Shown piece by piece: positions 23,535 through 34,062 of a stretch of 40,205 nucleotides of DNA. How positions within the stretch are numbered: the stretch's first letter is position 1; every line of letters begins with the position of its first letter. Below the pieces are notes generated by a model that did not search any database, was not told where the DNA came from, and saw only the letters and a program-made list of their open reading frames with translations. The stretch spans positions 77,479,735-77,519,939 of the forward strand of contig NC_068982.1 of NCBI RefSeq assembly GCF_001194135.2. The letters are read 5' to 3'. The position numbers were made by a program, and so were the translations under genes. This DNA comes from Octopus bimaculoides. Taxonomy: Eukaryota.

Positions 23535-23690
23535 TGGCATGGCCATGTGGTTAAGGACTTTGTTTCATATTCACATAGTTCCAGGCTTGATCCCATAATA
23601 CAGTAACTTGGCTTGGGCAAGTATCTTCTATCATAGTCTAAGGAGTATAATTGGTAGATAGTGTGTGGAATCCTGTCATATATTTCATCA
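23535..23690 (+). mobile_element. tRNA-derived SINE head
   Basis: ggcatggccatgtggttaag (A-box-like), gttccaggcttgatccca (B-box-like), ttgggcaagtatcttcta. Confidence 0.6.
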
Positions 23691-23950
23691 TAAAAGATAT
23701 AAATTTAATTGTAAGTAGAGCTATATTTTCATTCTTCTTGTCCTAAATGCAACCATACTTCCTTTACTTGTCTTTGTTTCTGCTTTGTCCCAGTTGCCAA
23801 GACTCCACTACATGTTTACATGTTTTACCTGTTATATNNNNNNNNNNNNNNNNNNNNNNNNNNNNNNNNNNNNNNNNNNNNNNNNNNNNNNNNNNNNNNN
23901 NNNNNNNNNNNNNNNNNNNNNNNNNNNNNNNNNNNNNNNNNNNNNNNNNN

Positions 23951-23994
<44 letters not shown>

Positions 23995-24192
23995 AGTTTA
24001 GAGGGATATATTATCCAGGCAGATACAGTGATGGCTCTCAGTTATGTTCCAGGTTACAGCCAACAACATTGATTAGTATTTAACGCCTATGACTACTATG
24101 AGTTGTTACTAATGCTGTAAATTCTTCTGATAGATAATTCCATGTTTGCTTCTTTGGATAGTAATATTATCTGGAGTGTATATTAGCAATAG

Positions 24193-24490
24193 TTATAACA
24201 ATATACAATATGGAGACTTGTTCATCCTCATAATTCCCTTTTATTTTACAATTTCATACAGTATATTTTCATGATTATTATGACCTACATGTGTTTCTAC
24301 TGCACAGAGTATGGGTAGTTGCACATGCAACCAGGCATAATTTTGCCTGGTTACATGTGCAGCAGCCCATACTCTGTGCAGTGGGAACACATGTAGGTCA
24401 TAATAATCATGAAAATATGCTGTATGAAATCATGAAATAAAAGGAAATAAATTTTGTGGATGAACAAATCTCCATATTCTATATTGTTAC
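24193..24490. repeat. Long palindrome (foldback or MITE-like), arms about 145 bp
   Basis: Symmetric about 24340/24341: ...gcacatgcaaccaggca taattt tgcctggttacatgtgc...; pairing is traceable out to acaatatacaatatggaga / tctccatattctatattgt. Confidence 0.93.
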
Positions 24491-24714
24491 AATTTATGTA
24501 CATCAACTTTATAACTAAATTATAAACATGCATGTTCTTAAATCGATGACCAACACTATAAGTTAAGCAAAGAAACTTTGATTACATGATTGAACTGTGT
24601 CACTGAATCCTATACTTCAAGTCCATCTAATGCGAAAAGGCCACAAGCCTGATTTTTCTAATAAACAACTACTAAACAATAACAGGTTAGTTTCAGTTTC
24701 AATCTGTTAAATCC

Positions 24715-24792
24715 GCTCTTAAGGCTTTAGTCAGCCCAGGGATATAGTAGAAGATACTTGTGGTTGGGAAGTAAACTACACAGCCATGCCAA
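24715..24792 (-). mobile_element. Internally deleted SINE head
   Basis: gatatagtagaagatacttgtggttgggaagtaaactacacagccatgcc. Confidence 0.6.
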
Positions 24793-25002
24793 CATCAAGT
24801 TTATTATAAACATTGAGAGTACTATGTAACTGATGTGTGCTTTGTTAACTTGAAGTGCTAAGTTCAATCTTTATCATTGACACTGCTTGAAGAGGGGCAT
24901 ATCCAGTTATCTGTAAGTTTGCAGAGCTGTTGATGGTGAAGATTGGATGTAGAAGCTCGAGGCCAGGGATATCAGTTGGAAGGTTGGGTGAGGTAGATTG
25001 GT

Positions 25003-25086
25003 TCATGTTGGGTAGTACAGAAGTTGGTACAGTACCTCCTTCAGAGAGCACTGGAGGAGGTACTGTGTAGGGAAGTTTAGTGCTAC
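25003..25086 (-). CDS. Candidate alternative DAGLA exon (VALNFPTQYLLQCSLKEVLYQLLYYPT-stop), unproven
   Basis: Acceptor-like atttttaatcatttag|GTA inside the last intron; non-repetitive, coding-like composition; AATAAA on the minus strand at 24800-24805. Confidence 0.35.
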   Translation of the reverse strand, partial: VALNFPTQYLLQCSLKEVLYQLLYYPT

Positions 25087-25199
25087 CTAAATGATTAAAA
25101 ATATCAATGATGTCAAGTATTGATGATCCTCTGATATTAGCAGGAAATGACTTTGCTGTTATATCTCAACCCTACATAATCTTTACAGCCATCAACTAC

Positions 25200-25690
25200 T
25201 TCCCCTCCCCACTTCTCTCTTACAACCTCTACCTACCTACACTCCTGTCTGTCCCATTCACTTCTATCCACCTTGTACCTTGAGGATCCACCCAGACAAT
25301 TCACTACCACTATTTTTACATCTTTCCAGCTCTACATGATCCCGCCAACCCTCTCTTCTAAAGGAACCTACGTTGAGCCCTTCTCCATACAGCAAAGAAC
25401 CTACTCTTAGCCCTTCTCCCATACTTTAGCAACTTCTCTCTAAGCATAAAACTGCCTCCTTGAGAGATTGTCATCTTGCAAGTTGCATGGGACCTCACTA
25501 CTGCTAGTGGCATGGAAAAACATTCAGTACACACTGTAAAGTGGTTAGAACTGGGAAAGGCATCCAGCAATAGAAATTATGTCAAAGCAGACATTGGAGC
25601 ATGATGCAGTCCTTGGATCTATCATATCCTGCCAAACTATGCAACCCATGCCTATATGGAACAAGGACATTAAATGATGATGAGATGATG
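25200..25690 (+). mobile_element. Retroposon with RTE-like tail ending in (GAT)n
   Basis: cagtacacactgtaaagtggtt...ggcatccagcaatagaaa...caacccatgcc...ttaaatgatgatgagatgatg. Confidence 0.65.
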
Positions 25691-25795
25691 ATTTTTTTTT
25701 CATGGAAACAAAGTATTTCGTAGTTATCATGAGTTTGTTATATTATTTCCAAATGCCATGGTAAACTCATAGCAGAGAGTAAATTGAAAACTCAC

Positions 25796-25928
25796 CTTCT
25801 TGAGAGCATCTAATACATTATCTGGGAAATGATCATTTATCATGGTGGGAGAGACCAACACCTGCTCAAAGTCACTGTTTTCAGCAATGATTGCTTGATA
25901 AACTGGTGAACTTGGTTTACATCGAGAC
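25796..25928 (-). CDS. DAGLA: Diacylglycerol lipase alpha, exon with catalytic His region (133 nt, phase 2 to 0)
   Basis: Acceptor ttcttcccctattactag|G and donor AAG|gtgagt. Continues in frame as SRCKPSSPVYQAIIAENSDFEQVLVSPTMINDHFPDNVLDALKK, matching recalled DAGLA FNEVIISPAMLHEHLPYVVMEGLNK. Confidence 0.93.
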
Positions 25929-26089
25929 CTAGTAATAGGGGAAGAAATATTTACAGAAATATTTATAAATGAATATAATGTGTTATTTCAGAGTATGTTT
26001 GAAAATAACTGTTTAAATATAATCAGCTATTTTTGTTAAAATCAATAATTACCAATCATGAAAAGAAGAAAATAAATCCGAAAGCTTAC

Positions 26090-26277
26090 CGTTTGATGAC
26101 AGGATGACTGCGAACAATGTGAATAATTTTTCCTGGTAGAAAAAGAGGGTTGTGAGCTGACAGGCCAATACCACTATCAAAAGGATGTAATCTAGCATTG
26201 CGCTCTAGTTTACCTTGGAGTATATTATCAGTGTTATCTGGAAGGCAGCACATCATACTCTTTGTAATAATCTTCCA
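26090..26277 (-). CDS. DAGLA: Diacylglycerol lipase alpha, internal exon (188 nt, phase 0 to 2)
   Basis: Acceptor tatttttatatttcag|TGG and donor CG|gtaagc. Translates WKIITKSMMCCLPDNTDNILQGKLERNARLHPFDSGIGLSAHNPLFLPGKIIHIVRSHPVIK(R), resembling the recalled vertebrate DAGLA segment W.II...PLYPPGRIIHVVHNHP. The other two frames contain stops. Confidence 0.93.
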
Positions 26278-26406
26278 CTGAAATATAAAAATACATTAGT
26301 TATACAACAACAGAAGGAAATGTGCCTTTGTTACATAAATTAACACGAAATATATGTATTTATCAGGTTTATATTTATTAAAGCTTCCATGTTTCTCATG
26401 CATGAA

Positions 26407-27680
26407 TATTGGGCCATCCTATGAATAATGCAGTTTTTTTCAATTGCATGAACTAAAAGTCAGAAGGGGACAGGATAAACTACCTGCATCAATTTGCTAT
26501 AAAAGCAGGTAGTAATTTTACCTTGTCCTTATTCTTAGTGCAATTTTGAAGAGTGCAGTTCAATTTTAACTGTTATTTTTTTCAAAGCTATAATGGAAGT
26601 GACAAAGGAACATATTCAGCATATTTTGCTTTATGAGTTCAGTAAAGGCAACAATGCAATGGAAAGTGCAAGGAATATTAATGCAGTATATGGGGATCAG
26701 ACAATAAGTGTAAGCCAGTGTCAATGGTGGATCCAGAAATTCTGAGCCGGAAACTATAGCCTAGAAAATGAGCCTCATCCTGGAAGATCTGTAAAGCTCG
26801 ACGAGGATATCCTACAAACCCTAGTGGAACAAAATCCCATCATAACTGTTGAGGAACTAGCAGTGAAGCTTGGATTTGGTCATTCAACCATTGATTGACA
26901 CCTGTGTGCATTGGAAAAGTCAGCAAATTGGCTCAATGGGTTCCTCAAACTTTCCGAGTCTAATTGTGCACACAGAGTGAACCTGTGCTCATCTTTACTG
27001 TCATGTCTCATGAATGAACCTTTTTCGGACTGAATAGTGACTGGTGATGAGAAATGGGTTCTTTATAAAAATGTCAAGCACCAAAGGCAGTGGATAGCGA
27101 AAAGAGAAACACTGGCACCCCAGGCTAAAGAAGGTCTTCACACACATAAGGTGTTGTTATCTGTTTGGTAGAGTATGTAAGGTTTAGTCCACTTTGAACT
27201 TTTAAACCCAAACCAAATGATAACAAAGGAGACCTACTGCAAGTAGCATGAATGGCTTAAGTCAGTGCTAGAAGAAAAACAACCATCTTTGGTTTTATGA
27301 TGAAAGGTGTTCTTCTATCAGGATAATGCTTGGCCACATACAGTGAAGATGACATTCCAAAGGCTGGAGCAGTTTAAGTGAGAAACGATGCCTCACCCAC
27401 CCACCATATTTGCACCATTTGATTACCAAATTATTCTGCAGTATTCAAAATCATTTGGACAGAAAAAATATGAATTCTGTAGATGAGGTCAGAAGAGTAC
27501 TGGAGGAGTGTTTTTTTTTTTTTGGAAGAGGAGCCTTGCAAGTCTACCATATAGATGGAAGAGCATTGTAAAAAATTGAAGGAGATTATATTTTTGGTTA
27601 AGAAAGAACTTTGTTTATCATAATTTTGAAAAATAAAAGAAGTATAAAAAAAACCGCATTATTTATGGGATGACCCAATA
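26407..27680 (+). mobile_element. Full-length but dead mariner (1274 bp)
   Basis: TA-flanked TIRs tattgggccatcctatgaataatgcag / cgcattatttatgggatgacccaata. Remnants MEVTKEHI, QWVP, IVTGDEKWV, FFYQDNAWPHT, with many stops and frameshifts. Confidence 0.93.
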
Positions 27681-27744
27681 CATTCAGCTTTGGTCGTTGT
27701 TATGACTTTTGTGGTCATCATAATTTTCTTTATGACATACAACT

Positions 27745-28099
27745 TTTATCTTCCACTTATTTCAATCATTAGACTGTGGCTATGCTGCCTAGTATTGACA
27801 TTTCCACTTATTTTTTAAAAATCCTGGTACATATTTCATTGGTACCGTTTGCCAAACCACTAAGTTACAGGGATGTAAACACACCAGTACTAGTTGTCAA
27901 ATGGTGGTGGGGGACAAACACAAGCACAGAAACACATACACACACATAGATATATTAGATATATATATATACACTCACAAAGCCTTGGTCAGCCTGAGGA
28001 TATAGTAGAAGATACCTGTGTAAGGTGCCATGCAGTGGGACTGAACCCTGAACCATATGGTTGGGAAGCAAACTTGTTACTACACAAACATTCCTGTGG

Positions 28100-28101
<2 letters not shown>
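27745..28101 (-). mobile_element. SINE, near full length
   Basis: Head (gggactgaaccc...ggttgggaagcaa) and body (ctaagttacagggatgtaaacacaccag) in reverse orientation. Confidence 0.8.
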
Positions 28102-28136
<35 letters not shown>

Positions 28137-28384
28137 NNNNNNNNNNNNNNNNNNNNNNNNNNNNNNNNNNNNNNNNNNNNNNNNNNNNNNNNNNNNNNNN
28201 NNNNNNNNNNNNNNNNNNNNNNNNNNNNNNNNNNNNNNNNNNNNNNNNNNNNNNNNNNNNNNNNNNNNNNNNNNNNNNNNNNNNNNNNNNNNNNNNNNNN
28301 NNNNNNNNNNNNNNNNNNNNNNNNNNNNNNNNNNNNNNNNNNNNNNNNNNNNNNNNNNNNNNNNNNNNNNAGGTTTAATAAAAA

Positions 28385-28660
28385 ATAATAACTAATTAAT
28401 CAATAATGTATTCACCCTTGGTGTTTACAACTTCTTCCCAATGTTCAACAAGATTTTCAATACCTCATTGATAGAAATCACCCGATTTCAACTTTAAAAA
28501 TTTATCGAACCAAGCTCTCAATTCTGCATCAGTATTGAACGAAACTCCATGCATAGCATTTGAAAGAGGTGGAAATCCATTAGTGCAAAATCAGGAGAGT
28601 ACAGTAAGTGTGGCAGCACTTCCCGCTGGTGATTTTCGATTGATTTATTTTGATCGATTT
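28385..28660 (-). mobile_element. Mariner C-terminal fragment (fourth lineage)
   Basis: Minus-strand EVLPHLLYSPDFALMDFHLF, a PHPPYSPDLAP.DFHLF remnant. Confidence 0.75.
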
Positions 28661-28727
28661 TATTTTATTTTCTATTTGAAAATTTGGTTATGAAACACGT
28701 GTAGTTGTTTTATTATTTTAATAATTA

Positions 28728-28839
28728 TTACTTTGTATTTTATTATAGTTCTTTTTAGTGTCTTTACTTATTAAATTTTTCTATATGTGACTGTGGATTT
28801 TCATGGATGAGTTCAGGAACTGTGGTTCTTTTCTCTAAA
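28728..28839. repeat. Direct repeat copy 1 (copy 2 at 32120-32229)
   Basis: ttactttgtatt...ttttcta(ta)tgtgactgtggattttcatg(g/a)atgagttca(g/t)gaact(g/t)tggttct(t/g)ttctctaaa is shared. Confidence 0.85.
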
Positions 28840-28849
28840 TTATATATAT

Positions 28850-30655
28850 ATATATATTTATTTTTTGTAGTTTCAGCTGAGATCCTCCTCTAATATGTGG
28901 CACTTGTAGAATGGAGTGTGATATAGCTACCTTCATTTGCACCTCTGGCTGTGAGGTAGGTTCATCTGGGAATCTCGACAGGAAGAGATCCAGCCTTAAT
29001 TTGAAAATGCCTACGTCTACTTTGTGCAGGTTCCTTAAGCTCTTTGGGAGAATATTAAAAAGCTGTGGGCCCCTGAAACCCAGGCTGTTACAGTAACTGT
29101 TCCTGAAGCGCGATGTCATTGCTGGGATCTTTGGCACTGTGCAGTGTTGACCCATTCTAGTATTGGTGTATCTTTCAATCCCAAAATTTGGCACAATTCC
29201 TTCCGGGATCTTCCAGATGTATAAAACTGCATACCTCTCCCACCTTCATTCCAGGGAGTAGAGTCTTAGTTGTTTCAGCCTTTCTGTGAGCTTTGCAAAG
29301 AGACAATCTTCTTTGTGAAGCTTCGCTGGATTGCTTCAAGGTCTGCTGTTAATTTCACACTGGTGGGTGACCATAGCTGTGAGCAGTAATCCAGGCAGCT
29401 GAGGATGAATGTCTTCCAGAGGACCATCATGGTTTCTTTATCACTGATTTTGAATGTTTTTAGGATCCATCCAGCCAGTTGTCTGCACTTTGTCACCATC
29501 CTGGTGATGTGCACTTGGAAAGAGGTATCATCACTCATGTCCCTCACTGATTTAGGCTCTGGAATTGTAATTCCCTGTGGACCAGTGTACCCTGTAAGTT
29601 TCATATTCAGTTTTAGACACTGGTAGCGCAGGTTTGGTATTTGTTAGCATTGAATTGCGTATTATTATCCTCAGCCCATCTGTAAATTGAGTCCAACTCC
29701 TGCTGCAGATATGCAACATCACTGAGGTTCTGTATTTTCTGCAAGACTTTAGTATTGTCTGCATAGCTAGCAAGGGTGGTTATCCAGGCAGTTGAAGGCA
29801 TATCTGAGAAGGCCACTATGAAAAGCAGTGGTCCCAAGACAGTGCCCTGTGGAACACCGCTCACTATTTGTGCATTCATTGAGGTGACTACTGCCTGACT
29901 TCTATCTTTCAAAAAGTCATGTAACCACTCTCCAAGTTTTCCAGCTATGCCGAGATCATGCAGTCTATGGCATATCAAACCATGATCCACTTTGTCAAAA
30001 GCTTTTGCAAAATCAATGTATATTACGTCCACATTTGAGTTGTTGAGTAACTGCATCAACACCCAGTCATAATGTTGTAAGAGCTGGGTCAGGCAGCTCC
30101 TATCTGGTTGAAAGTCATGCTGGGTATCACTCAGCAAGTTATTTTCTTCAAGGAATGCGATTAGTTTTCCTCTGACTATCCGTTCCATCACTTTGCTGAT
30201 GTGTGAAGTTTTTAGCATCTGCTCTGCTTTCCCCTTTATGGATTGGGCATATTATCCCCTCCTTCAGCTTGCTTGGTAGTCTGCCATTTGCAAGAAAGCT
30301 CTGGAAGAGAATCTGGAGGGGTTTTGCCAGGGCATGCTAACACGATTTGAAGAGGATTGCTGGGAAACCATCAGGACCAGTAGTATATCGTCTTCGCTAA
30401 TGTCTATGTATTCCATCATAACTGCCTCGCTGGTTATAGGTGGGGTGACAAAGAAGTTCACTGGTTCATTCACTTGTCTTTGTTCCAACGGGGTGGTGAA
30501 GACACTTTTGAACTGGTCATTCAGTACCTCACTGATCCTGGTTGAACTATCTGTGAGGGAGCCATCCATTTGGAAGAGGGGTCCTATCTTGCAGTGTAGT
30601 GAGGCTGTTTCTTTGGCACAATGAAAGAAGGCTTTTGGGTTTGATTTAATGTTTT
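28850..30655 (-). mobile_element. CR1-like LINE, 5'-truncated, RT region and 3' end
   Basis: VDVIYIDFAKAFDKVDH, SGVPQGTVLGPLLF, SYADNTK and FRNSYCNSLGFRGPQLFNILP across broken frames; ends at a (TA)n tract. Confidence 0.9.
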
Positions 30656-30749
30656 ATATAACCCAGGCTTTATATAACCTGGGCTTAAAAAATGAAAATG
30701 GCACCAAAGTGGGAGAAAAAAGAATTGAATGTTCTGTTGCGAGCATGGA

Positions 30750-32035
30750 CAATTGCTAGTGGTGATCCACCAAACAACATCATCATATTTCTAATACTTC
30801 TAGTGTTATTATTGTACCTATCATTAGTAGCGTTATAGTTGTCACAATTACTGAGGCTGATAGTAGTTGCCTTATCAGAGCTTTTATAGTTGTTATACCT
30901 CCATCTCCTCCTATTCCTGCATTTACTGCTAGGATTTATAGATATGTTATTTATTTCATTATTACCCTTATAATTGCTGTTGTTGTTGTTGTTGTTGTTG
31001 TTGTTATTATTATTATTATTATTAAATTCAAATTACGATAAATGTATACAAACAAACGAAGTTTGCTTTTAGAAGCGTTGAGATATCTTAGAAAGTTAAA
31101 GAAGTGATTTTAAATTCTCAAATGCAGGATAATGCTAATAATATAGCCTGAACAGGATAAACTACCCCTATTTTGCAGAAAAAAGTGTGGGCGGCCAGCC
31201 ATTTGTGTCAAAGGCATTCCTATTGTTCCTGGTATTAGTCCTATCCCTACTATTATCTACATTATTATTCCATTAGTGTTTCGGGGGAAGTATTTAATTT
31301 TGTCTTGACATCCTGCATTTCTTAGTGTTATGTTATACCTATCCTTATGTTTATCAAAAATCTCTTCATTTGAGGAAAGGTTTGAGATCCTTTTACTTAT
31401 ATTTTGTAGAAGGGCTCTTTTTATTTGTTGGGGATGGTTACTAGAATTATCTATATATCTTAAGTTAGAGTTTTCTTTCATATAAGGTTCATGGAGTCTG
31501 GTATTTAAGATGCAGTTTATGTGTAAGTAGTTGATTGAGTAGTTTTCGTTTTCTATAGTTATAGAGAGGCCAAACCTTTATGCAGTCATTTCTTTAATAA
31601 TTGAAGGTGTCTATTTGAATGGTTCCTAACTAAAAATAGTGCGTCGTCCCTATATAGACCTCCCTTTGATTCTGGGAATTCCCTACTTATATTGTCTAAG
31701 ATGTATAATCCTACTAGGTCAGTCGCTTCCGCTGAGCCAGGTGAGCTCATTGTGATATCAAAGAGGTCTGGTGCATCATTGCTAGCCCATAGTTTGTTAT
31801 CAAATTTGATAACAGTCTTACGGGCAGTGAGTGTAACATTTATCTCCCTCATACTTAGGTTACTGTATTTCCTGGCGAAAATAAGAGCGCTGTTCAGAAC
31901 AATAGAGTTAATAAAGGAGTAGCAGTTCTGTAAATCTATTTGCAAGAAATTTTGATTATATTTATTTTCTACCTGTATATTGGAGAACCAGTCTAGTGCA
32001 CTTTGAGTGTTACTCTATAGTTCTAGTTTAATTTT
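30750..32035 (-). mobile_element. Penelope-like retroelement RT remnant (Naiad/Hydra-type YRDD)
   Basis: FLQIDLQNCYSFI, FDITM.S..SAE.TDLVGLYIL, GGLYRDDAL and YIDNSSNHPQQIKR...ISKRISNLSSNEEIF..Y...LRNAG. The lower boundary is uncertain. Confidence 0.8.
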
Positions 32036-32119
32036 ATTTTAGCATTGGTATATATATATATATATATATATATATGAATATATAGTTTTAGAGAAATAAT
32101 TATCATTATCGTATGATTT

Positions 32120-32229
32120 TTACTTTGTATTATATTATACTTATTTATCGTGCATTTACTTATTAATTTTTTCTATGTGACTGTGGATTTTCATGAATGA
32201 GTTCATGAACTTTGGTTCTGTTCTCTAAA
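32120..32229. repeat. Direct repeat copy 2, candidate Penelope pseudo-LTR
   Basis: Aligns by eye with 28728-28839 in the same orientation. Confidence 0.85.
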
Positions 32230-32336
32230 ACTATGTATTTATATATTTTATACTGTGAAACTTAATTTAATTTTAATTTTTGATAAATTGAATTTAATTG
32301 AGTTTTTAACCTGTAAATTTGGATTTTTATCCCTAA

Positions 32337-32398
<62 letters not shown>

Positions 32399-32419
32399 NN
32401 NNNNNNNNNNNNNNNNNNN

Positions 32420-32482
<63 letters not shown>

Positions 32483-33182
32483 ACCTAACACTCTCTCTCT
32501 CTCTCTCTCTACACACATATATATGTCTTAAAACTTTAAGCAATTAATTCAGTTTATTATAATAAATATTTATTTAGAAATATATGCATGTACTCAGGCA
32601 TGTGCATGTTTGTGTGCTTGCAAATGTGTATGTGTGTGTATCGATGTGGTATGGATAAAGTGTGTAAAAATAGTGTTAAACATCAAGTTACACGATAATT
32701 GAATACTGCGACATTCAACTACAACAGTTCTGGAATTGTGAAATATGATTAAATAATAATAATAATGAAAAAAAAGAAAGAAATATGAGAAATGAGTAGA
32801 GAATGATTCAGATGAAAAGCATTAGTGTCAAATATAATTGTTTTCTTTTTTTTTTGTATCCCTCTCTTTTTACGAACTTTATTTAAATATGTATGTTTTT
32901 CTTTTTGTCTTTGATGACGCATGAGATTGCAGGAGAAAATGCAGCAATATTTAAGATGGAAGTCTATAACATGATAGTCTTCAGGGTTCATTACAGATTG
33001 GTGCTTAATACACACACAAACAAAAAAAAATTTTTTAAACCAGTAATTTTTTACAATGATATAGATTATACAAACAGGTTATTGACCCCTATCCTAAAGG
33101 CTAAAAAAATTAGACTTCAAGGAAAATTACATCACATCAATAATATATATATAGTCAATATAATATATATATATATATATAC

Positions 33183-33455
33183 CCTTTTACTCTTTTACTT
33201 GTTTCAGTCATTTGACTGTGGCCATGCTGGAGCACCGCCTTTAGTCGAGCAAATCGACCCCAGGACTTATTCTCTGGAAGCCTAGTACTTATTCTATCGA
33301 TCTCTTTTTACCGAACCGCTAAGTTACGGGGACGTAAACACACCAGCATCGGTTGTCAAGCGATGTTGGGGGGACAAATACAGACACACAAACATATACA
33401 CACACATACATATACATACATATATACGACGGGCTTCTTTCAGTTTCCGTCTACC
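33183..33455 (-). mobile_element. Young SINE (CpG-retaining), runs into a gap
   Basis: cttttacttgtttcagtcatttgactgtggccatgctggagcaccgcc...gacgggcttctttcagtttccgtctacc. Confidence 0.9.
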
Positions 33456-33688
33456 NNNNNNNNNNNNNNNNNNNNNNNNNNNNNNNNNNNNNNNNNNNNN
33501 NNNNNNNNNNNNNNNNNNNNNNNNNNNNNNNNNNNNNNNNNNNNNNNNNNNNNNNNNNNNNNNNNNNNNNNNNNNNNNNNNNNNNNNNNNNNNNNNNNNN
33601 NNNNNNNNNNNNNNNNNNNNNNNNNNNNNNNNNNNNNNNNNNNNNNNNNNNNNNNNNNNNNNNNNNNNNNNNNNNNNNNNNNNNNNNN

Positions 33689-33739
<51 letters not shown>

Positions 33740-33938
33740 GTATATATATATATATACATATATATAAAACATGTGTGTGTATATATGTATATATAAATAT
33801 ATATATATATACACACATATACATATATATATATATATATATAGGTAACATATTCTAGTCATTTGAATGCATCCATGCTGGAGCACCGCCTTTATATATA
33901 TGTATGATATCTATATATATATAAATATATTACATATG

Positions 33939-34062
33939 TATCATCATCATCATCATCATCATCGTTTAACGTCCGCTTTCCATGCTAGCATGGGTTGGAT
34001 GATTTGACTGAGGACTGGTGAAACCGGATGGCAACACCAGGCTCCAATCTAATTTGGCAGAG
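33939..34062 (-). mobile_element. RTE-type 3' terminal fragment
   Basis: (cat)n cgtttaacgtccgctttccatgctagcatgggttgg, near-identical to 12138-12250. Confidence 0.85.

Noticed and set aside
28676-28707. GAAAC-ACGT-GTA resembling the 3' half of a minimal PLE hammerhead ribozyme
   Set aside because: The CUGANGA box is degenerate (TTGAAAA), stems I and II do not form, and it is antisense to the PLE RT. At most a decayed relic; only a family consensus could rescue it.
31586-31588. In-frame TGA in the PLE RT as possible selenocysteine
   Set aside because: It is followed immediately by a frameshift in a decayed copy and is not at a Cys-like position; ordinary mutation is the simpler explanation.
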